The position numbers and the translations under genes are program-made. Positions 44,992 to 55,083 of a DNA stretch of 64,000 nt are shown here, piece after piece. Within the stretch, counting starts at the first letter, position 1; each line of letters begins with the position of its first letter. The DNA comes from an uncultured Actinomycetota bacterium (GTDB lineage: Bacteria > Actinomycetota > Actinomycetes > Propionibacteriales > Nocardioidaceae), in assembly GCA_963802315.1 (NCBI GenBank), contig CAWDIF010000004.1, positions 1,445-65,444 of the forward strand. Direction: 5' to 3'. The notes beneath the pieces were generated by a model. It saw nothing but the letters and a program-made list of their open reading frames with translations. It did not search any database and was not told the DNA's origin.

Positions 44992-46380
44992 ATGACCGGC
45001 ATCGTGGTGAACGGTGAGCCACGCGACCTGACCGGCGTGCCCCTGCACACCAACGCCTTGGACTTCCTGCGTGGGTGCGGTCTCACCGGCGCCAAGGAGG
45101 GCTGCGCCGAGGGGGAGTGTGGTGCCTGCTCGGTCCTGGTGGCCAGGCCTGCGCCCGACGGCTCGGACGGCACGGAGTGGACCGCGATCAACTCCTGTCT
45201 GGTGCCCGCCGCGTCCCTCGACGGCCAGGAGGTGGTCACCTCCGAGGGTCTGGGCTCACCCGACTCGTTGCACCCCGTCCAGCACGAGATGGCGGTCCGG
45301 GGCGGGTCGCAGTGCGGCTACTGCACCCCGGGCTTCGTCTGCAGCATGGCTGCGGAGTTCTATCGCTCCGGCCGTGACGGGTTCGACCTGCACTCGATCA
45401 GCGGCAACCTGTGCCGCTGCACAGGCTACCGGCCGATCACGGACGCCGCGCTGGCGCTGGGCCTCCCGACCGCCGACGACACGCTCGCCGCGCGACGGAC
45501 CCACGCCCCGCCCGCGCCTGCGGCCACGCGCTTGGACGACGGCGAGGCGACCTTCGTGCGGCCCGCCTCGCTCGCCGAGGCGCTGCGCCTGCTCGCCGAC
45601 GATCCCGAGTCGGTGCTCGTCGCCGGCAGCACCGACTGGGGCGTGGAGGTCAACCTGCGCGGCCGCCGGGCCGCCGCCGTGGTCGCGGTCGACCGGCTGC
45701 CCGAGCTGCGCCGCTTCGAGGTCTCGGAGTCCGAGGTGCGGATCGGGGCCGGGCTCACCCTCACCGAGGTCGGTCACCGGCTGGCCGGGCGGCTGCCCCT
45801 GGTGGATGCGCTGCTGCCGCAGTTCGCCTCGCCACTGATCCGCAACGGCGCCACCCTCGGGGGCAACCTCGGCACCGGATCGCCGATCGGTGACGCCCTT
45901 CCGGTGCTGCTCGCACTGGAGGCATCGCTGGTCCTGGCCTGCGCCGACGGGTTGCGGACGGTGCCGCTGGCCGACTACTTCACCGGCTATCGCACCTCGG
46001 TCCTCGGGCCGGCCGAGCTGATCACGGAGGTCGTGGTGCCGCTGCCGGCAGCCGGGCTGACGGCGTTCCACAAGATCGCGAAGCGGCCCTTCGACGACAT
46101 CTCGTCGGTGGCGGTCGCCTTCGCGCTGGACCTCGCCGACGGTGTGGTGCGCACGGCGCGGATCGGGCTGGGCGGGGTCGCGGCAACCCCGATCCGGGCA
46201 CTCGCCACCGAGGCCGCCCTGGAGGGGCGGCCGTGGACCGCGGAGACCGTGGCGGTCGCCGCAGCAGTGCTGGCGGGCGAGGGTGCCCCGATCTCCGACC
46301 AACGCGCGTCGGGCGACTACCGGGCGGCCATGCTCGGCCAGTCGTTGCGCAAGCTCGGCTTCGAGAGCGGTGCCAGATGA
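44992..46380 (+). CDS. xdhA: Xanthine dehydrogenase small (FeS/FAD) subunit
   Basis: GCAEGECGAC, QCGYCTPG, GNLCRCTGY, AGSTD and DDIS. Confidence 0.93.
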   Translation: MTGIVVNGEPRDLTGVPLHTNALDFLRGCGLTGAKEGCAEGECGACSVLVARPAPDGSDGTEWTAINSCLVPAASLDGQEVVTSEGLGSPDSLHPVQHEMAVRGGSQCGYCTPGFVCSMAAEFYRSGRDGFDLHSISGNLCRCTGYRPITDAALALGLPTADDTLAARRTHAPPAPAATRLDDGEATFVRPASLAEALRLLADDPESVLVAGSTDWGVEVNLRGRRAAAVVAVDRLPELRRFEVSESEVRIGAGLTLTEVGHRLAGRLPLVDALLPQFASPLIRNGATLGGNLGTGSPIGDALPVLLALEASLVLACADGLRTVPLADYFTGYRTSVLGPAELITEVVVPLPAAGLTAFHKIAKRPFDDISSVAVAFALDLADGVVRTARIGLGGVAATPIRALATEAALEGRPWTAETVAVAAAVLAGEGAPISDQRASGDYRAAMLGQSLRKLGFESGAR

Positions 46381-48656
46381 GCGTCCTGAGCCGGCGGCCG
46401 GACAACGCGGTGGTGGGGGAGCCGGTGCCGCACGAGAGCGCGTCCCTCCACGTCACCGGGCAGGCGCTCTATACCGACGACCTGGTCGGCCGTACTCCCG
46501 GCTGCCTGCACGCGCACCCCGTCCAGGCACCCCATGCACATGCGGTGGTCACCCGGCTTGACCCGACCGCGGCGTACGCCGTGCCGGGCGTCGTCCGCGT
46601 CCTCACCGCCGACGACGTCCCCGGCACCAACGACGCCGGCGTCAAGCACGACGAGCCGCTGTTCCCCTCCGAGGTGATGCACGTCGGTCACTCCGTGTGC
46701 TGGGTCCTCGGCGAGACGCTCGAGGCCGCGCGCCGCGGTGCGGCCGCGGTCGAGGTCGACTACGAGGTCCTGCCGGCGATCATCACCGTCGAGGAGGCGA
46801 TCGCGGCGGAGCGCTTCCAGGGTGCCCGCCCGACCGTGGTCCGCGGTGACGCGGCGGCCGGCCTCGAGCGGGCAGCGCACGTGTTCGAGGGCGTCACGTC
46901 GTTCGCCGGCCAGGAGCACTTCTATCTCGAGACGCACTGTTCGCTGGCCCTGGTCGACGAGAACGGCCAGGTGTTCGTCCAGTCGAGCACCCAGCACCCG
47001 ACCGAAACGCAGGAGATCGTGGCGCACGTCCTCGGGCTCGCGAGCAACGCGGTGACCGTGCAGTGCCTGCGGATGGGCGGCGCGTTCGGGGGCAAGGAGA
47101 TGCAGCCACACGGCCTGGCCGCGATCGCGGCGCTCGGCGCGACGCTCACCGGGCGGCCGGTCCGGCTGCGGCTGACCCGCGCGCAGGACATGACGATGAC
47201 CGGCAAGCGGCACGGCTTTCACGCGACGTGGAAGGTCGGGTTCGACGAGGCCGGGCTGTTCACCGGCCTGGAGGCGACCCTGACCTCCGACGGCGGCTGG
47301 AGCCTCGACCTTTCCGAGCCGGTGCTGTCGCGGGCGCTGTGCCACATCGACAACGCCTACTGGATCCCAGACATCCTCGTGCACGGCCGGATCGCCCAGA
47401 CCAACAAGACCTCGCAGACCGCGTTCCGCGGCTTCGGCGGGCCCCAGGGCATGCTCGTGATCGAGGACGTCATCGGCCGCTGCGCACCGCAGCTCGGCAT
47501 GGACCCGGCAGTCATCCGACGGCGCAACTTCTATGTCGACGGTCAGGCGACGCCGTACGGGCAGGCGGTCCGGCACTCCGAGCGGCTGGTCGCGGCCTGG
47601 GACCAGGTCAGCGCCAACGCGGACCTCGACGCTCGTCGGGCCGAGGTCGCGACGTTCAACGCCGCGCACGAGCATCGCAAGCGCGGCCTGGCGATCACGC
47701 CGGTGAAGTTCGGGATCTCGTTCAACTTCACGACCTTCAACCAGGCCGGGGCGCTGGTGCACGTCTACAAGGACGGCTCCGTGCTCATCAACCACGGTGG
47801 CACCGAGATGGGCCAGGGCCTGCACACCAAGATGCTGCAGGTCGCGGCGACGGCGCTCGGGCTGCCGCTGGCCAAGGTGCGGCTCGCCCCCACCAGGACC
47901 GACAAGGTGCCCAACACCTCGGCCACCGCCGCGTCGGCCGGCGCGGATCTCAACGGCGGCGCGATCAAGAACGCCTGCGAGCAGATCCTCGAGCGGCTCG
48001 TCCCGGTGCGCGCCCAGCTGATCGGACAGGGGCTGCCCGACGCGTCATGGGAGGAGCTCGTGAAGGCGGCGTACCACCAGCGGATCCAGCTGTGGGCGGC
48101 CGGCTTCTACAAGACCGAGGGCCTGAGCTGGGACGTCACCACGATGACCGGGACGCCGTTCAAGTACTTCGCCTACGGCGTCGCGGTCGCGGAGGTGGAG
48201 GTCGACGGATTCACCGGCGCCAACCGACAACGGCGCGTCGACATCGTGCACGACGTCGGCGACAGCCTGTCGCCCCTGATCGACATCGGGCAGATCGAGG
48301 GCGGCTTCGTGCAGGGAGCGGGGTGGCTGACGCTCGAGGACCTGCGCTGGGACGAGTCGGGCGGGCCCGGGCGCGGACGGCTGACCACCCAGTCCGCGTC
48401 GACCTACAAGCTGCCGTCGCTCTCCGAGATGCCCACCGTGCTCAACGTGCAGCTGCTCGAGCGCGCGCACGAGGACGGCGTCGTCTATGGCTCCAAGGCG
48501 GTGGGTGAGCCACCGCTGATGCTGGCGTTCGCGGTCCGCGAGGCGCTGCGCGAGGCGTGCGCCGCGTTCGGTACGCCGGGGACCGTGGTCGACCTCGCCT
48601 CGCCGGCCACGCCCGAAGCGGTCTACTGGGCACTCACGGCGGCCCGCGCCTCGTGA
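46377..48656 (+). CDS. xdhB: Xanthine dehydrogenase molybdopterin-binding subunit
   Basis: QEHFYLE, GGAFGGKE, AFRGFGGPQ, EMGQG and SKAVGEPP. Confidence 0.95.
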   Translation: MSVLSRRPDNAVVGEPVPHESASLHVTGQALYTDDLVGRTPGCLHAHPVQAPHAHAVVTRLDPTAAYAVPGVVRVLTADDVPGTNDAGVKHDEPLFPSEVMHVGHSVCWVLGETLEAARRGAAAVEVDYEVLPAIITVEEAIAAERFQGARPTVVRGDAAAGLERAAHVFEGVTSFAGQEHFYLETHCSLALVDENGQVFVQSSTQHPTETQEIVAHVLGLASNAVTVQCLRMGGAFGGKEMQPHGLAAIAALGATLTGRPVRLRLTRAQDMTMTGKRHGFHATWKVGFDEAGLFTGLEATLTSDGGWSLDLSEPVLSRALCHIDNAYWIPDILVHGRIAQTNKTSQTAFRGFGGPQGMLVIEDVIGRCAPQLGMDPAVIRRRNFYVDGQATPYGQAVRHSERLVAAWDQVSANADLDARRAEVATFNAAHEHRKRGLAITPVKFGISFNFTTFNQAGALVHVYKDGSVLINHGGTEMGQGLHTKMLQVAATALGLPLAKVRLAPTRTDKVPNTSATAASAGADLNGGAIKNACEQILERLVPVRAQLIGQGLPDASWEELVKAAYHQRIQLWAAGFYKTEGLSWDVTTMTGTPFKYFAYGVAVAEVEVDGFTGANRQRRVDIVHDVGDSLSPLIDIGQIEGGFVQGAGWLTLEDLRWDESGGPGRGRLTTQSASTYKLPSLSEMPTVLNVQLLERAHEDGVVYGSKAVGEPPLMLAFAVREALREACAAFGTPGTVVDLASPATPEAVYWALTAARAS

Positions 48657-49477
48657 CGACCTGGTTCGAAGCGGTGGCCGCGCTGCGCGCGGCTCGCGAG
48701 GTCGCCGTCCTGGTCACCCTCACCGAGGTGCGCGGCCACGCACCACGGGAGCCCGGCGCCAAGATGGTTGTGTCCGCCGGCGCGATGTGGGCCTCGATCG
48801 GCGGCGGCAACCTGGAGGAGGAGGCGGTGCGCCGCGCGCGGGCGCTCCTCGCTGCCGGGGCGGTCGCCCCCGAGTCGTTCACAGCGCACCTGTCCGACAA
48901 GGCGCCGGTCCAGCACGGCGTCCAGTGCTGCGGCGGCGAGGTGAGCGTCCTGCTCGAGCCACTCGGGATCGTGCCGTCCGTGGCGCTGTTCGGCATCGGT
49001 CACGTCGGCCTCGAGCTCGCGCGGATCCTGGCCCGCCACGACCTGGAGCTGCACCTGGTCGATTCGCGACCTGCACACCTGACCGAGGTCGTGCTTGCTC
49101 CGCTGACCGACGCGGTGGCCGCCGTCCACGTGCACCACGTCCCGGTCCTGCCTGAGCTGGTGCTGGCCGAGCTGCCGGTCGGCACCCACGTGCTGGTCCT
49201 GACCCACGACCACGCCGAGGACCTCGCGATCTGCGACGCCGCGCTGCGCTGCGACCACCTCGGTCCGATCGGGCTGATCGGCTCCTCGGCCAAATGGGCG
49301 CGGTTCCGCACTCAGCTCACCGAATCAGGGCTCGACCCGTCCCCGATCCGGACGCCTATCGGCATGCCCGGTGTGACGACCAGCAAGGAGCCCTCCGCGA
49401 TCGCGGTGTCTGTGGCTGCGGAGCTGCTCGCCGCCTTCGAGCGCCAAGGCGCCCAGTCGATCGAGCACGGTCGGTGA
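48653..49477 (+). CDS. xdhC: Xanthine dehydrogenase accessory protein
   Basis: GHAPRE, IGGGNLE, QCCGG, THDH and GLIGS. Confidence 0.92.
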   Translation: MTTWFEAVAALRAAREVAVLVTLTEVRGHAPREPGAKMVVSAGAMWASIGGGNLEEEAVRRARALLAAGAVAPESFTAHLSDKAPVQHGVQCCGGEVSVLLEPLGIVPSVALFGIGHVGLELARILARHDLELHLVDSRPAHLTEVVLAPLTDAVAAVHVHHVPVLPELVLAELPVGTHVLVLTHDHAEDLAICDAALRCDHLGPIGLIGSSAKWARFRTQLTESGLDPSPIRTPIGMPGVTTSKEPSAIAVSVAAELLAAFERQGAQSIEHGR

Positions 49478-50829
49478 CCGTCTTCCGTGGCACGTTCATC
49501 GACACGCCGCAGAGCCCCTTCGCCGGCGGGCGCCTGCGGGCCGACGCCGACCACGCCCTGGTGGTGCAGGACGGCGTGATCGTCTCGCGCACACCGTGGG
49601 CGGACTCGCTCGCCGACCAGCACGAGGTCGTCGACCTGCGCGGCGGGGTCGTGCTGCCCGGGTTCGTGGACACGCACGTGCACTACCCGCAGGTGCGCGC
49701 CATCGGCGGCCTGGGCATGCCGCTGCTGGACTGGCTGGAGAAGTGCGCCCTGCCCGAGGAGGCGCGACTCGCCGACGACGTCTACGCCGCGTCGGTGGCC
49801 ACGGACTTCATCTCGGGACTGGCCCTGGCCGGCACGACCACCGCACTGGTCTTCGGCTCGCACTTCGCCGGCGCGGTCGAGGCACTCTTCACCGAAGCGG
49901 CTCGCGTCGGGCTGCGGGTCACCTCCGGCCTGGTCCTGTCCGATCGGATCCTGCGCGAGGACCTGTTCACCACGCCCGATCGCGGGTTCGCCGAGGGGCT
50001 CGAGCTCGCCAAGCGCTGGCACGGCACCGGGCGGTTGCGCTACGCAGTCACGCCGCGCTTCTCGCTGTCGTGCACCGAGCCCATGTTGGACTCGGCCGGC
50101 GCACTCCTCGCCGAGGTGCCCGACCTGTGGTTCACCTCCCACCTCAACGAGAACGTCGAGGAGATCGAGGGCGTCCGCCAGCTGTTCGGGTGCGACTACA
50201 CGACGTCGTACGAGAACGCCGGACTGCTCGGGCCCCGCTCCGTGCTGGCCCACAACGTCCATCCTTCCCTGCCCGAGCTGATGCAGCTGGCCCGGCACGG
50301 TGCCGCGGTCGCGCACTGCCCGACCTCCAACGCCGCGCTCGGCAGCGGGCTGTTCCCGCTCGGCTCGCACCTCGCCCTCGGTGTGCGGGTGGCGCTCGGC
50401 TCGGACGTCGGAGCCGGCACCGGGTTCTCGCTGTTCAAGGAGGGCCTGCAGGCCTACTTCGCCCAGCAGCTCCTCGGCCGTGAGGGCCACCGGCTGTCCG
50501 CGCCGCACCTGCTGTGGCTGGCGACCAACGCGGGAGCTGACGTGTTGGGACTCACGGAGTCGGTGGGCGACTTCTCCGTGGGCAAGGAGCTGGACGCGCT
50601 CTGGCTCCGCCCCGACCCCGGCTCGACGCTGGACATCGCCCTGCGGCACGCGGCGTCCGAGGACGAGGTCGTCGCCAAGGCGTTCGCCCTAGCGGGGCCC
50701 GCCGACGTCGCGGCGACCTATGTCGGGGGAGTGCGGGTGGCTGGTCAGCTCGACTCGGGCAGGCCCAGCTCGGCGATGACGAGCTCGAACTCGTCGGACT
50801 CCAGCACCTCCATGCTGTTCTCCACGTAG
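49474..50829 (+). CDS. guaD: Guanine deaminase
   Basis: PGFVDTHVHYPQ, VTPRF, HLNEN, HCPTSN and GSDVGAG. Confidence 0.92.
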   Translation: MTVFRGTFIDTPQSPFAGGRLRADADHALVVQDGVIVSRTPWADSLADQHEVVDLRGGVVLPGFVDTHVHYPQVRAIGGLGMPLLDWLEKCALPEEARLADDVYAASVATDFISGLALAGTTTALVFGSHFAGAVEALFTEAARVGLRVTSGLVLSDRILREDLFTTPDRGFAEGLELAKRWHGTGRLRYAVTPRFSLSCTEPMLDSAGALLAEVPDLWFTSHLNENVEEIEGVRQLFGCDYTTSYENAGLLGPRSVLAHNVHPSLPELMQLARHGAAVAHCPTSNAALGSGLFPLGSHLALGVRVALGSDVGAGTGFSLFKEGLQAYFAQQLLGREGHRLSAPHLLWLATNAGADVLGLTESVGDFSVGKELDALWLRPDPGSTLDIALRHAASEDEVVAKAFALAGPADVAATYVGGVRVAGQLDSGRPSSAMTSSNSSDSSTSMLFST

Positions 50830-51350
50830 GCCCGTTCGCGGAGCTCGGCCCGGTCGGCGCTGGCGGCGTCCGAGGCCTCGCGGGAGGCCCAGGACGTGGT
50901 CGAGCAGCCGCGCTGGCCCGACTTGTCGACCAGGAGGCTGGCGCCCGCGAAGCCCTCGAGCGTGCCCGCCATGGGCACGACGCTGGACCGCATGTCTGCG
51001 CGCGCCTGGTCGAGATCGAAGGCGCGGAACCACGCGACCCGGCACCAGGTGCCGCGCTGGACACGGTGCATCAGGGCCACCTCCCACTCCTCGACCTTGA
51101 GGCTGCTGCCGAACTCGGCGCGGGTCCGCTCCCACAGCGGTGCGAGGTGATCACTGCTGGCGTGCATGTCCGCCTCGGTCTCCCACGAGGTGGTGGTGAT
51201 CGCCCGCCCGGTCTCCCGGTTCACCAGGAGGGAGAAGCCTCGCCACCCGGGCACGTCGGCGAGAGCGGCTCGGAGCTCCTGCTCGACGAACTCGATGCGC
51301 GCATCGACGCTCTCCGGACTTCCCTCGATCGTGATCGAACGTGCGTACAT
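50745..51350 (-). CDS. ABM-like (dimeric alpha-beta barrel) two-domain protein
   Basis: Internal duplication GxxGxSLLV..GR..TTSW. Confidence 0.65.
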   Translation of the reverse strand: MYARSITIEGSPESVDARIEFVEQELRAALADVPGWRGFSLLVNRETGRAITTTSWETEADMHASSDHLAPLWERTRAEFGSSLKVEEWEVALMHRVQRGTWCRVAWFRAFDLDQARADMRSSVVPMAGTLEGFAGASLLVDKSGQRGCSTTSWASREASDAASADRAELRERAYVENSMEVLESDEFELVIAELGLPESS

Positions 51351-51502
51351 GCGAGCTCCTCTGGGATCAATGGCTTCCCATAGTCATATCGTGCGCCGAG
51401 GCTCGCCTGCCAAGGGGTCCAGGATTTCCGATGGCCGCGATTCGCGGGAGATCGGCAGGATCAAGCACGGTGCCCGGGCGTGGACCTCATCATGCTGGGC
51501 GT

Positions 51503-52051
51503 ATGAGCGACAGCGTCGTCCCGGACACCAAGGACTGGACCTGGATCCTGCGCGAGTCGTGCCCCGAGTGCGGGTACGACGCTCATCAGGTCGACCCCGG
51601 GACCCTGGGCGCGAGGATCCGCGACAATGCCGCGCAGTGGCAACGGGTGCTCGCGGCACCCCACGTGGCGCGGCGCCCGGACCCGGCGACCTGGTCGCCG
51701 TTGGAGTACGGCTGCCACGTCCGCGACGTGCACCGGACCTTCGCGACCCGGCTCACCTCGATGCTCGCCGAGGACGCCCCGCTCTTTGCCAACTGGGACC
51801 AGGACGCCACCGCCGTCGAGGACCGGTACGCCGAGCAGGACCCGGTCACCGTCGCCGCCGAGCTCGCTGACGCGGCGGCTGTCATCGCCGGGCAGTACGA
51901 CGCGGTCGGGGACGAGGCGACCTGGCAACGCACCGGCCAGCGCAGCGACGGCAATCAGTTCACCGTCGATACGCTGGGCCGGTACCACCTGCACGACGTC
52001 GTCCACCACGTCTGGGACGTCGATCAGTCCACGGAGGTCACTTCGTGTTGA
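51503..52051 (+). CDS. DinB family protein
   Basis: PDTKDWTW, CPECG, WSPLEYGCHVRD and HDVVHH. Confidence 0.85.
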   Translation: MSDSVVPDTKDWTWILRESCPECGYDAHQVDPGTLGARIRDNAAQWQRVLAAPHVARRPDPATWSPLEYGCHVRDVHRTFATRLTSMLAEDAPLFANWDQDATAVEDRYAEQDPVTVAAELADAAAVIAGQYDAVGDEATWQRTGQRSDGNQFTVDTLGRYHLHDVVHHVWDVDQSTEVTSC

Positions 52052-52709
52052 CGGTGATCTTGGCGATGCCGACCAGCAGGCCGGCGGTGACGGCGTCGGT
52101 CTTGAAGACCTCGTTCAGCACGGGCGCGGCGTCCGGGGAGATCATCACCTTGGTGCCCTCGAGGACCGCGGTGTCGCCCTCCACCTGGAGCGGCTTCAGG
52201 GTGCGACCGTCGAGCTGGAACAGGTACGCGCCCTTGGCGACGACCTCGCCGTTGACCTCGACGTCGCCATAGACGCGCGAGACGGTCGGGTCGACGTTGA
52301 GGTTGTTGAGCTCGAGCACGGTGTCGCCGGCCGTGAGGGACAGGCCCGAGCTGTCGTGGTGGATCTGGCCCACGACGTACGGCGAGACCTCGCCGGGCGT
52401 GAACACGGAGACGTTGCCGCCGGTGATCGGGAAGGCGAGCACGCCGTCGGTGAGCGTGGCATCGCCGACCAGGCCGGGCGTCAGATTGAGCGCTCCGAGC
52501 GCGTCGACGAAGCCCTGGTCCAGAGTGATCTCGGTGCCCTTGCCGGTGAGCGCCTCGATCGTGGCGACGGCCTTGGGCGGCGAGTCGCTGGAGGCGCTGC
52601 TGCTGTCGCCGCTGTCCGAGTCATCGCCACAGGCGGTGAGCGGAACGGCGAGCAGGGCGGTGCCGAGGACGGCCGCGACGGACCGGCGGACGGTGAGGGT
52701 GCGGGACAT
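52038..52709 (-). CDS. Surface lipoprotein of unknown function
   Basis: Lipobox LTAC, Ser-rich linker, beta-rich body. Confidence 0.8.
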   Translation of the reverse strand: MSRTLTVRRSVAAVLGTALLAVPLTACGDDSDSGDSSSASSDSPPKAVATIEALTGKGTEITLDQGFVDALGALNLTPGLVGDATLTDGVLAFPITGGNVSVFTPGEVSPYVVGQIHHDSSGLSLTAGDTVLELNNLNVDPTVSRVYGDVEVNGEVVAKGAYLFQLDGRTLKPLQVEGDTAVLEGTKVMISPDAAPVLNEVFKTDAVTAGLLVGIAKITVNTK

Positions 52710-52758
52710 GGAATCGCTCCTTATGAGCATCTTGGATCTCGTTGTTCTGACACCAGGG

Positions 52759-52785
52759 ATTCGGCTCGCGGGGGCTTCTGGATGG
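52759..52785 (-). promoter_or_regulatory. SigK-type ECF promoter
   Basis: Minus strand CCATCC-N15-CCGAAT, 49 nt upstream of the lipoprotein start. Confidence 0.7.
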
Positions 52786-52829
52786 GTGGATGACGGATAG
52801 GTCACATGTCGCCGCCTAGAGTCGCCGCC

Positions 52830-53024
52830 GTGCGGCACACCGAGTTCTGGGCGCGGATGGAGACCGCCCTCGGGCCTGCCTACTTCCGCTCCTGGGCGGG
52901 CCAGTTCGTCATGTCCGAGCTCGGTGGCCGCACCGCACAGCAGGCGCTCGATGCCGGCATCGCGCCCAAGGAGGTCTGGGCGGCGGTGTGGCGAGCGCTC
53001 GACCTCCCGGTCCGGGACCGATGA
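52830..53024 (+). CDS. DUF3046 family protein
   Basis: MRHTEFW...LGGRTAQQALDAG...VWAAV. Confidence 0.88.
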   Translation: MRHTEFWARMETALGPAYFRSWAGQFVMSELGGRTAQQALDAGIAPKEVWAAVWRALDLPVRDR

Positions 53025-54286
53025 CCGCACTCGTCCCGACGGACGTCGAGTCCGTCCAGCGGCGCACGGTCGCCACGCTGGTCGTGGCGCAGGCGGTCGG
53101 CGCCGTCGGTATCACGATCGGCATCGCCACCTCGTCCCTGCTCGCCCGCGACGTGTCGGGCTCGGACACGCTGGCCGGTCTGGCCCAGACGTTCCAGGTG
53201 CTGGGCGCCGCCGTGGCGTCGTACCTCCTCGCCCGGCTGATGTCCGCCCGTGGACGGCGCATCGGTCTCGTCACCGGCTACGTCGTGGGCGCGGCCGGCA
53301 GCCTCCTGGCGGTGGCTGCAGGAGTGGTGAGCTCGATGCCGCTCCTGTTGCTCGGCGCCACCCTGCTCGGCGCGACCACGGCGGCGAACAGCGGCGCGAG
53401 GTACGCCGCGACCGACCTGGCCACCGAGGGCCGACGCGCCCAGGCTCTGTCCACGGTCGTGTGGGCGACCACGATCGGCGCGGTCGCCGGACCGAACCTG
53501 TCCGGGCCGGCGGGCTCGTTCGCCGACGCCGTCGGCATCCCCGAGCTGACCGGACCGTTCGCGCTCGGCACCTTCGGCATGGCGCTCGCCGCGCTCGTCG
53601 TCTGGGTCCGGCTGCGACCTGACCCGCTCCTCGTGGCCCGTGAGGCCGCAGGTCTGACGGTCACGGTGGCGCCGGGAGAGGTGCGCGTCGCGTCGTGGCG
53701 GCTGGCCCTGGTCGCAGTGCGCGAGCGGCCGGTGCTGGGCTGGGCGATCGTCGGCCTGGCCGGCTCGCACGCCGCGATGGTCGGCGTGATGGTGATGACG
53801 CCCCTGCACATGGAGCACGGCGGAGCCGACCTGCGGATCATCGGCTTCGTCATCAGTGTGCACGTGCTGGGGATGTTCGCGTTCTCGCCCGTGGTCGGAT
53901 GGTGCGCCGACCGGGTCGGCCGCGAGCCCGTGCTGGCGGCCGGGGGCGTGATTCTGCTGGTCTCGCTGGGCCTGTGCGCCCGCTCACCGGAGGGCAGCTC
54001 GGCAGAGATCTTCGCGGGACTGTTCCTGCTCGGGTTCGGCTGGTCCTGTGCCACGGTGTCGGCCTCGACGATGATCGCCGACCACGCGCCGCTCGAGGCC
54101 CGCACCGACGTGCAGGGCACCGCCGACCTGGTCATGGGTGTCACCGCTGCCGGCGCAGGTGGCCTGGCCGGGTTCGTCACCGGCGCGTTCGGCTACCCGA
54201 CGCTGGCGGTCTCGACGGTCGCGCTGGCCCTGATGGTGGTGCTCGCGGCCGCCCGGGCGCGGCGGCTGGCACAGTGGGCGCAGTGA
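53021..54286 (+). CDS. MFS transporter
   Basis: About 12 TM segments; ARYAATDLA, VWATTIG and ADRVGR. Confidence 0.9.
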   Translation: MTALVPTDVESVQRRTVATLVVAQAVGAVGITIGIATSSLLARDVSGSDTLAGLAQTFQVLGAAVASYLLARLMSARGRRIGLVTGYVVGAAGSLLAVAAGVVSSMPLLLLGATLLGATTAANSGARYAATDLATEGRRAQALSTVVWATTIGAVAGPNLSGPAGSFADAVGIPELTGPFALGTFGMALAALVVWVRLRPDPLLVAREAAGLTVTVAPGEVRVASWRLALVAVRERPVLGWAIVGLAGSHAAMVGVMVMTPLHMEHGGADLRIIGFVISVHVLGMFAFSPVVGWCADRVGREPVLAAGGVILLVSLGLCARSPEGSSAEIFAGLFLLGFGWSCATVSASTMIADHAPLEARTDVQGTADLVMGVTAAGAGGLAGFVTGAFGYPTLAVSTVALALMVVLAAARARRLAQWAQ

Positions 54287-55083
54287 CCCGGAGCCAGCCT
54301 GTCGCGGACGTCGCCGTCATCGGCGGCACCGGCTTCTACTCGTTCATCGAGGACGCCGAGGAGCACGCGGTCACCACGCCGTACGGCGACCCGTCGGCGC
54401 CCGTCTCGGTCGGCACGGTCGCGGGGAGGTCGGTCGCCTTCCTGCCCCGGCACGGCGGCCACCACGAGTTCCCGCCGCACGCCATCAACTACCGCGCGAA
54501 CCTCTGGGCACTGCGCTCGCTCGGGGTGCGTCAGGTGCTCGCGCCGTGCGCGGTCGGTGGCCTGCGTCACGAGGTGGCGCCGGGTGATGTCGTCGTCCCG
54601 GACCAACTGGTCGACCGGACGTTCCGCCGGGTCTCGTCGTACGTCGAGACCGGCGCAGTGCACCTGCCGTTCGCCGACCCCTACTGCCCGGGCGTCTCGG
54701 CAGCACTAGCCGGTGCGGGCGAGGGCATCACGTCGGGCGGGACGATGGTGGTCATCGAGGGCCCGAGGTTTTCGACCCGTGCTGAGTCGGTGCACCACGC
54801 CGCCCAGGGCTGGACGCTCGTCAACATGACCGGGATGCCCGAGGCGTCGCTGGCCCGCGAGCTGCGCATGTGCTACTCCTCGTTGGCGCTGGTGACCGAC
54901 ATGGACGCCGGTGCCGAGAGCGGGACCGGCGTCGGCCAGGAGGAGGTCTTCGCGCTCTTCCGGCGCAACCTGGAGCGGTTGACCGGGGTGCTGACGACGG
55001 CGATCGAGCGACTGCCCGACCCCGACGGCTGCACCTGCTCGACCTGGGCCGACGGGATCGACCTGACCTGCGAGGTGCCGTGA
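54283..55083 (+). CDS. mtnP: S-methyl-5'-thioadenosine phosphorylase (Rv0535-like)
   Basis: IGGTG, TPYG, PRHG, INYRAN, EGPRFSTRAE, NMT and VTDMD. Confidence 0.9.
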   Translation: MTRSQPVADVAVIGGTGFYSFIEDAEEHAVTTPYGDPSAPVSVGTVAGRSVAFLPRHGGHHEFPPHAINYRANLWALRSLGVRQVLAPCAVGGLRHEVAPGDVVVPDQLVDRTFRRVSSYVETGAVHLPFADPYCPGVSAALAGAGEGITSGGTMVVIEGPRFSTRAESVHHAAQGWTLVNMTGMPEASLARELRMCYSSLALVTDMDAGAESGTGVGQEEVFALFRRNLERLTGVLTTAIERLPDPDGCTCSTWADGIDLTCEVP

